Shown: positions 58,271-64,000 of the stretch, piece by piece
How positions within the stretch are numbered: the first letter of the stretch is position 1
Layout of the letters: each line of letters begins with the position of its first letter
NCBI GenBank assembly: GCA_035193785.1
Contig: CP136572.1
Location: 4,500,578-4,564,577, forward strand
Length of the DNA: 64,000 bases
Direction: 5' to 3'
DNA from: Planktothrix sp. GU0601_MAG3
GTDB lineage: Bacteria; Cyanobacteriota; Cyanobacteriia; Cyanobacteriales; Microcoleaceae
The notes under the pieces: generated by a model
What the model was told of the DNA's origin: nothing
What the model saw: the letters and a program-made list of their open reading frames with translations, nothing else
Database searches by the model: none
Translations under genes and position numbers: made by a program

Positions 58271-60521
58271 TCACGGTAAATCTTCCCAGAATGGTTGTTC
58301 ATTTCCCAGGCGAGTTGTATTAGTCGCACTGTAAATATTGCCCTGTAATTCTTGATAATAGTCATCATCCAAGAAGTTAACATTAATTCCGGCAACCGCA
58401 ACCCGACGTTTAAAGTCTTCTTGGGTGTAATCTCGGCCATCAATTAAGGCTCCTTTTGGATTAGATACTAATAATTCCCCATTCACATAAACCGAATTAA
58501 TTAAATTCGGCCACCAAGCATACCCACTATAACTAAATAAAGCCGGAACTCTAATAATTTGGTCATTTCTGAGATTAAATTCTGTTTTGAGTTGATTAAT
58601 TAAGGGTTCGATTTTCTGTTTTTGTAAATTCAGATTATGTTGGATTAATAATTGATTATTTAAAGTAGCTCTGACGGTGGTTTGAGTGCTTAATCCGCGA
58701 TTAATTGCCGCTCCTTCATAACCTTGTTTTTCCAGTTCTTTTAATAGTTTAACTCCTTCCTCTGGACTAGCTATTAACATTAAAGGTTCACCGTCAGCAC
58801 TAGGAATAAAATTAATAATTTCATCAACATGACGCAACATTAACCAAGAAGTATCAATAGCAACGGGATCACCTTGAACTTTTTGGGCTTTTAAAAACTC
58901 AACAACTTCAGGATTTAAACTAACATTATCGGCCGTACCATAATAAATTCTTCCCAAGGGATAATCAGGTAAAGCGGGAGTTACGGCTAAATTATTATAC
59001 CAATCTGCCCATTGATTAAAAGCATCTAATTCCCGAGGTTTACCCACTTCAAACCAACCGAAATTTTGATTCATTAAAGATTTGGCATAATCATCACTTT
59101 CCGCGCTCCGATTACCCTTTAAAACCACGGGATATTTCTCTAAACCTTCGGGTTTGGGAAACTGCACATAGCCGATTTCTTGAGTTTCCTCGCATCCATA
59201 AAGTCGCCCCGGGTGTGACTTTAACCTTTGCTCCAGTTTTTTCCACAATGGTTTTTACATCTTGAATAATAGTTTGATTATCACCGCGATCGCTAATATG
59301 AACCTCAGCTACAGATTCCGTATTATCAGACATAATCCAAGGGGCAACCCCCATAGAAATACTATCCGTTGCTATCACAATTCCCTGTTTCCGCGCGATA
59401 GCTTTTAAATTAACTAAACCCGACCAATTACCATTAGCAAATTGTTTCGCTTCTACTCCTAAAACAATATCTGAACCAAATTCTAAGGGCGTTAAACCCG
59501 ACAAATCAATAGCTTTCCATCCCGTTGAAGTTTGCTGGAAAATATTAATATGGGGTTGCGCTGCTGCGTCAACGGTGAGCAATAATTCTGAACCTTTATA
59601 CTCTGGATTAACTTTAAAATGAACTAAAGCCAAATCCTTTTCATCTTCAGCCCCATTAACTATTTTATCTCGCCAATCGGGTAATCCATTAACATCATCA
59701 TCATCATTATTAAACAATATTAATGGCCCTAGGGATAAAGACCATTGTTCCGGGCGTTGTTGATCTGCTTCTTCCACAATACCATCTCGGTTGGTATCCC
59801 CATAAAGTTTAAACCCAGGAAATTGAGGATTGGCAACGGAAACCGGGGAAATTGTTTGAGGTTTTTCTGGTTGTTGTTGTTGGGATTGTTGGGTTAAGGC
59901 GCGTTGATAGGTGGCGATCGCTAAATAACCTTGATATTCTACGGTTTTATCAATAGCTTTAGAACTCAAAAAAGACTCTTTAGGAATTTTCCGCAGGGTA
60001 TCAATAGCTTGAATCCATAATTGTTGTGCGGTTTCCCAATCTTCGATGCTATTAGTTTCAGATTGTTTGCCAAAATTTGCTGCTTGAGTGGCTATTTTGA
60101 GTACCTGATTCCAAGTTTCTAGGGTTTTTTCTTCAAATTTAATTTGAGCTTCAACTTGGCGATTAGCTTTAACTAAAGTTTCATATTGTTTCAGTTGCAG
60201 TTGATATTGCCAAACTTCTAAATTACTATTAATATCGGGGGGACTGGAAACTTTCTTCAATTCAGCTTTGATCAAATCCTGTAATTGATATAATTCGGCT
60301 AAGGATTTGGGTGTAACTTCTGTGGTTTCTGTGTTATAACTGCCTGGAGTACCTGCTTGAAATCCTTGCAGTTGCACGCCGGAGTCATTAATCCGATACT
60401 CCAAATTCAGATCCATTGGTGAAGATTGGGCTAAAGTTGAAGGGGCGGGAACTAGGATAATTCCAACAACTACACCTAAAGCATTAATTAAAGCAACAGC
60501 AATGTAGCGCATCCAATTCAT
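58271..60521 (-). CDS. secreted protein-arginine deiminase (PAD) family protein (frame break at about 59186)
   Basis: Signal peptide, GDTNRDG, NNDDDD, VAPWIM, DTSWLMLRHVDE, WPNLIN. Confidence 0.8.
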
Positions 60522-60674
60522 ACTGAACCTCAGACATCCTGACTGATTGTACCTGAAATTGGCTAACTGTAGATCGGATATCCCTCAATCCCTTTTAAAA
60601 GGGCAAATTTTGGAATTCTTAATGGTAGGGGAGAAGTCTTCTCGCCCTCTTAATATCCTGAGTCTGACAACTCT

Positions 60675-61694
60675 TTATCCAATTCCCAATAAAGAATCAC
60701 TAATATTAATCATAGAAATACTATTTTTAACAACATTAACATCGGTAATATTAGCCACCACACCAAAAATATTTCCGGTTGTCGTTTGACGAATAATTAT
60801 TCCTTGATCCGTTTTATTTGCCAGTTGTAAGTTAGCAGTTTTATCAAAGGTTTCTAGGGTTAATTCTTGTGAATTAAAACTAGCAACAATCACAATTTTA
60901 TCCCCTTGTGTGGGGTTAAAATCCGTAATTAAATCGGCTTCTGTGGCGTTAACTGGAACTTCGTAAGCATTTGCACCTAAAATAAAAGTATCAGCATCAG
61001 CACCCCCGGTGAGGATATCAAAGTCTAAATCACCGATTAAAATATCCCGTCCAGCACTACCTTCTAAAATATCTTTTCCTTTTCCTCCTCTTAATAAGTC
61101 ATTTCCATCCCCTCCAATTAAGAAATCATCCTCACGATTACCATTAATAATATCATTTCCCCCATCGCCATTAAAAGTATCATTTCCCTGACCACCTCGG
61201 AGTAAATCAATTCCTTCCCCACCGGATAATTGATCATTTCCAGTATTACCATTCATAACATCAGTTTGATTAGAACCCACTAAAATATCATCCCCAGCTA
61301 AAGCTAAAATACCCCCCGGATATTCTCTTGTCCATTCGGGTAAAATTAAACCCGTGGGTTGTTGGGAAATATTAAAATAATTAGCGGGTGCTAAGATATC
61401 AATATCATCGGTTAAAACAAACAATTGAGCAGATTTTCCCGATAATTCCGTTAGGGTTTTATAACTACTTAAAATATTAATATCTTCGAGAATTAGACTC
61501 GGTTTAACTTCTAAAGTAGGGGCGGTACTTAAGGTGATTTGGGGGTTTTGTTCTAATAATTTGTTAACCCAAGGTTCCGCAATGGGTAGAATGGTATTAA
61601 ATAAGGGTTCATACTGAGGAAAAAAGGTGAAAATAACGGGTTTAGCAATCGGAAAAATTACATTGCTAACGAAGTTAATAATTTTGTTAAACAT
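60675..61694 (-). CDS. RTX Ca-binding protein
   Basis: GGxGND repeats, ADLITDFNPTQGDKI. Confidence 0.85.
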   Translation of the reverse strand: MFNKIINFVSNVIFPIAKPVIFTFFPQYEPLFNTILPIAEPWVNKLLEQNPQITLSTAPTLEVKPSLILEDINILSSYKTLTELSGKSAQLFVLTDDIDILAPANYFNISQQPTGLILPEWTREYPGGILALAGDDILVGSNQTDVMNGNTGNDQLSGGEGIDLLRGGQGNDTFNGDGGNDIINGNREDDFLIGGDGNDLLRGGKGKDILEGSAGRDILIGDLDFDILTGGADADTFILGANAYEVPVNATEADLITDFNPTQGDKIVIVASFNSQELTLETFDKTANLQLANKTDQGIIIRQTTTGNIFGVVANITDVNVVKNSISMINISDSLLGIG

Positions 61695-61871
61695 AGGGGA
61701 AAATTTTTAAGTGAAAATCATTAGTTATGCTTTTTGATTTTGCACTTTAATTTGTGATCACTCAGGATAGTTTTTAAATAACGAGCTTAAATCCTGTGGG
61801 AGCATCCATTAGTATCCGTCCACTCCCGGGTTTGGGTAATCACTTCCCCTTGAGTAGTCCCGATGGGTGAA

Positions 61872-62159
61872 TTAACAATTACCGGGATCTTCACTAAACC
61901 ATAATAACCGAATTCCTAATACCGCAAAACCGATGGCGGCGGCTATTTTAACTAGATGAGTGGGTAAAACTTCCGCAACCCCTTGTCCCACGATCACACC
62001 GAGGAAACTGGCTAATAATAGGGCGGCGGCTGTACCAAAAAAGACCGCCCGGGGGGATTTGCTCGTCCCACTAAGAGCGATCGCCGCCACTTGACTTTTA
62101 TCTCCTAATTCTGATAGAAAAACCGTGATAAAAGTCAATCCTAAAAGTTGAAAATCCAT
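61872..62159 (-). CDS. UPF0016/GDT1/TMEM165 half-transporter
   Basis: FLSELGDKSQ motif. Confidence 0.9.
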   Translation of the reverse strand: MDFQLLGLTFITVFLSELGDKSQVAAIALSGTSKSPRAVFFGTAAALLLASFLGVIVGQGVAEVLPTHLVKIAAAIGFAVLGIRLLWFSEDPGNC

Positions 62160-62178
62160 AGATTTAACTATAACTAAT

Positions 62179-62547
62179 TTAGTGTAAAACTTCCCAAAAC
62201 AATAGCACCGAAATCAATAATAAACTGCTTCCCGCAGCCACTTCTAGGGTTCGGGGTGAAATCCGAGAAGCCAACCATTGTCCGACTAAAACTCCTAAGA
62301 AACTGGTTAAAATTAATGCGCTTCCCGCCCCTGCAAAAACGATCCAAGGATTATGGGATTCTGCTGTCATTAATAAAGTGGTAAGTTGGGTTTTATCTCC
62401 AATTTCAGCTAAAAAAATAGTAATGAATGTGGAGACAAAAATCTTTCCCTTATTGGGTTTCACCGAATCTTGCTGTTGATTCGCGCTCGCAGATAGGTTA
62501 CTAGCGGGGTCTTCCTGAACTTCAACAAGGGTTTGGGGTGAACTCAT
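62179..62547 (-). CDS. UPF0016/GDT1/TMEM165 half-transporter
   Basis: FLAEIGDKTQ motif. Confidence 0.9.
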   Translation of the reverse strand: MSSPQTLVEVQEDPASNLSASANQQQDSVKPNKGKIFVSTFITIFLAEIGDKTQLTTLLMTAESHNPWIVFAGAGSALILTSFLGVLVGQWLASRISPRTLEVAAGSSLLLISVLLFWEVLH

Positions 62548-62632
62548 TGGTTGACGGTTGGGGTAATATTAGAACTATATCATAATCTTTTCATATTTTA
62601 CCCCATCCGGCAATAAAAAACCGAGAAATTCC

Positions 62633-62989
62633 CTATAATTCATACCCGACTGTTTGATTAAAACGCTCTATTTCCGGGGAATCATCCCCATAAACGCCTT
62701 CAATTTGTTGTTGACAACAATCAATCGCAAAATCGTTTAATTCTGACGCTTCAATTCCATATAATTCTTGAAAAACATCGGATTCTACCCGACAAAACCG
62801 CGGGCGATGATCATAAATTTTGCATTCTTTAGTTTCAGAATCAAAATTAATACACCACCCATCTTCCCCGACTAAACTTAAATATAATTGTAAGTCTTGC
62901 GGGGCTAAATATTGATCTAATTCTGGACGTTCACTGGGGTCAAGATGACAGCAAGCCCCACATTGTTTGATACAAAGCCAAGTGGTCAT
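62633..62989 (-). CDS. YkgJ-family cysteine-cluster protein
   Basis: CIKQCGACC, CKIYDHRPRFCR. Confidence 0.85.
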   Translation of the reverse strand: MTTWLCIKQCGACCHLDPSERPELDQYLAPQDLQLYLSLVGEDGWCINFDSETKECKIYDHRPRFCRVESDVFQELYGIEASELNDFAIDCCQQQIEGVYGDDSPEIERFNQTVGYEL

Positions 62990-64000
62990 AATTCTGGATT
63001 AGCAGTTTTTAAATCGGTTGTTTCTGGTTGGGGAGTAACCAATGGAGGAGAACTTGTTTCCTCTAATTCCGTTGTTTCTGAAGGAGTTTCAATTTCTGCA
63101 ATTGTCATCCCTTCTTCAACAGTTTCTGATTCTAAAGTATTAGTTTCAGAGGATATTTCCTCCGTCACAGATTCCTGAATTTCCTCAACAATAGGATTAA
63201 CCTGTTCTGTGATCGTTTCCACAACAACTTCAGCCTGGGGAGTCACAATTTGTTCAAAGGGTGAAGGGGGAGATTTTTCAACTGTTTCTAGGATTTCTGG
63301 CCCACTAACCGCAGTTTCTGGGATCAACTCCGCCTCAACAGCCGTTGTTTCCCGAGCTTCAAATTCAGCAAACTCATCCTTAGTCACCGTCTGACTATCT
63401 TCTCCAACCGTTGAAGCCGGGGGAACGGGGGTGGGTTTTGGGGATTTCGGTTGACTGGGAGTTTTGGGGGTTTTTGGTTTTTTATTGAATAAACCTGTCA
63501 AATTACTGACCAAACCCGAGAGGGTTTCCGGCGATCGCCGGGATAGATTTTTGGGGTTTAGAATCGGTTTTTGCAGTCTTGACCTTGGGAGCAACTTTAG
63601 GTTTTTCGGCTTTGACCTTGGGTGTTTCTACCTGGGTATCTGAAGTTGAAGGAGTGATCGATGGTGTTTCTGCAACTTCAGGAAGACTCTGTTCTTGGGT
63701 GATCGGGGGGATCGGCGGTTCCTCTACAATTTCTGGGGATGGGGAAATAATTTCTGGTTCGGGTTGTTTCTGGGTGGCTACAGGGGTCTCAGGAATCACT
63801 GAGTTATCCTCAGAGACGGGTTCAGGAGTAGCAACAATAGGCTTTACGGGTTCGGGAAAAATCACCGGGGACTGACCACCGAGCAAGCCATTCAGTTGTT
63901 TTTTCACCTTCGCCGGAACCGGGGTTTGTTCCGTCACGGGGGTGGCTGATCTTCGTAGGGTCAGAACTTCCCATCCCAACCAAACCAACAGGGATACACT
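62986..64000 (-). CDS. Ycf66-like membrane protein with P/E/T-rich tail, 5' end outside the window (frame break at about 63526)
   Basis: SVSLLVWLGWEVLTLRR followed by a long low-complexity region. Confidence 0.6.

Larger units (their letters stand above)
56700..58274 (+). mobile_element. IS200/IS605-family element (left boundary approximate)
   Basis: Related subterminal hairpins at 56728-56758 and 58237-58266, divergent tnpA remnant plus tnpB, inferred right end ...GTAGTTCAC. Confidence 0.85.

Noticed and set aside
61790..61870. Possible Mn riboswitch (yybP-ykoY) near the UPF0016 genes
   Set aside because: Only a vague AAGGGGAAGT resemblance, and it lies downstream rather than upstream of the transporter genes.
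2246..63594. Mass pseudogenisation or programmed frameshifting of about 30 genes
   Set aside because: Breaks hit core genes (recQ, recJ, gun4, pilM), come without other signs of decay and share one motif; a systematic sequencing error is more likely.

Overview
Chromosomal window from a filamentous cyanobacterium. Evidence: psaL/I/F/J, gun4, about 25+ HIP1 GCGATCGC sites, heptamer tandem repeats and AT-rich DNA; an Oscillatoriales/Planktothrix-like source is an inference. Most genes are housekeeping: pilMNOQ, HU, cobD, two ABC systems, gun4, HpsJ/GT2, TxlA, a hybrid histidine kinase, tRNA-Glu, recQ, recJ, tsaD, PSI genes and a UPF0016 pair. About 30 reading-frame breaks fall at a GAAAC/GTTTC where GAAC/GTTC restores the frame. 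I treat these as a systematic sequencing artefact, possibly the footprint of a DNA modification such as GpsAAC/GpsTTC phosphorothioation, and join the genes across them. Accessory highlights: (1) a Ser/Thr kinase with two tandem GUN4 domains whose post-GHxP segment is hypervariable; the terminal copy ends in a hairpin cassette with a TAA stop in all three frames, a candidate indel-tolerant diversification target; (2) a small RTX protein whose N-terminus is 22/36 aa identical to an internal segment of the PilQ secretin encoded 37 kb away; (3) a two-gene HEPN-STAND ATPase plus WD40 NLR-like locus; (4) an IS605 element with an internally deleted tnpA and intact tnpB, abutting a probably inactive protein-arginine-deiminase homologue; (5) a repeat-bounded papain-fold toxin cassette. 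No CRISPR array or reverse transcriptase was seen.
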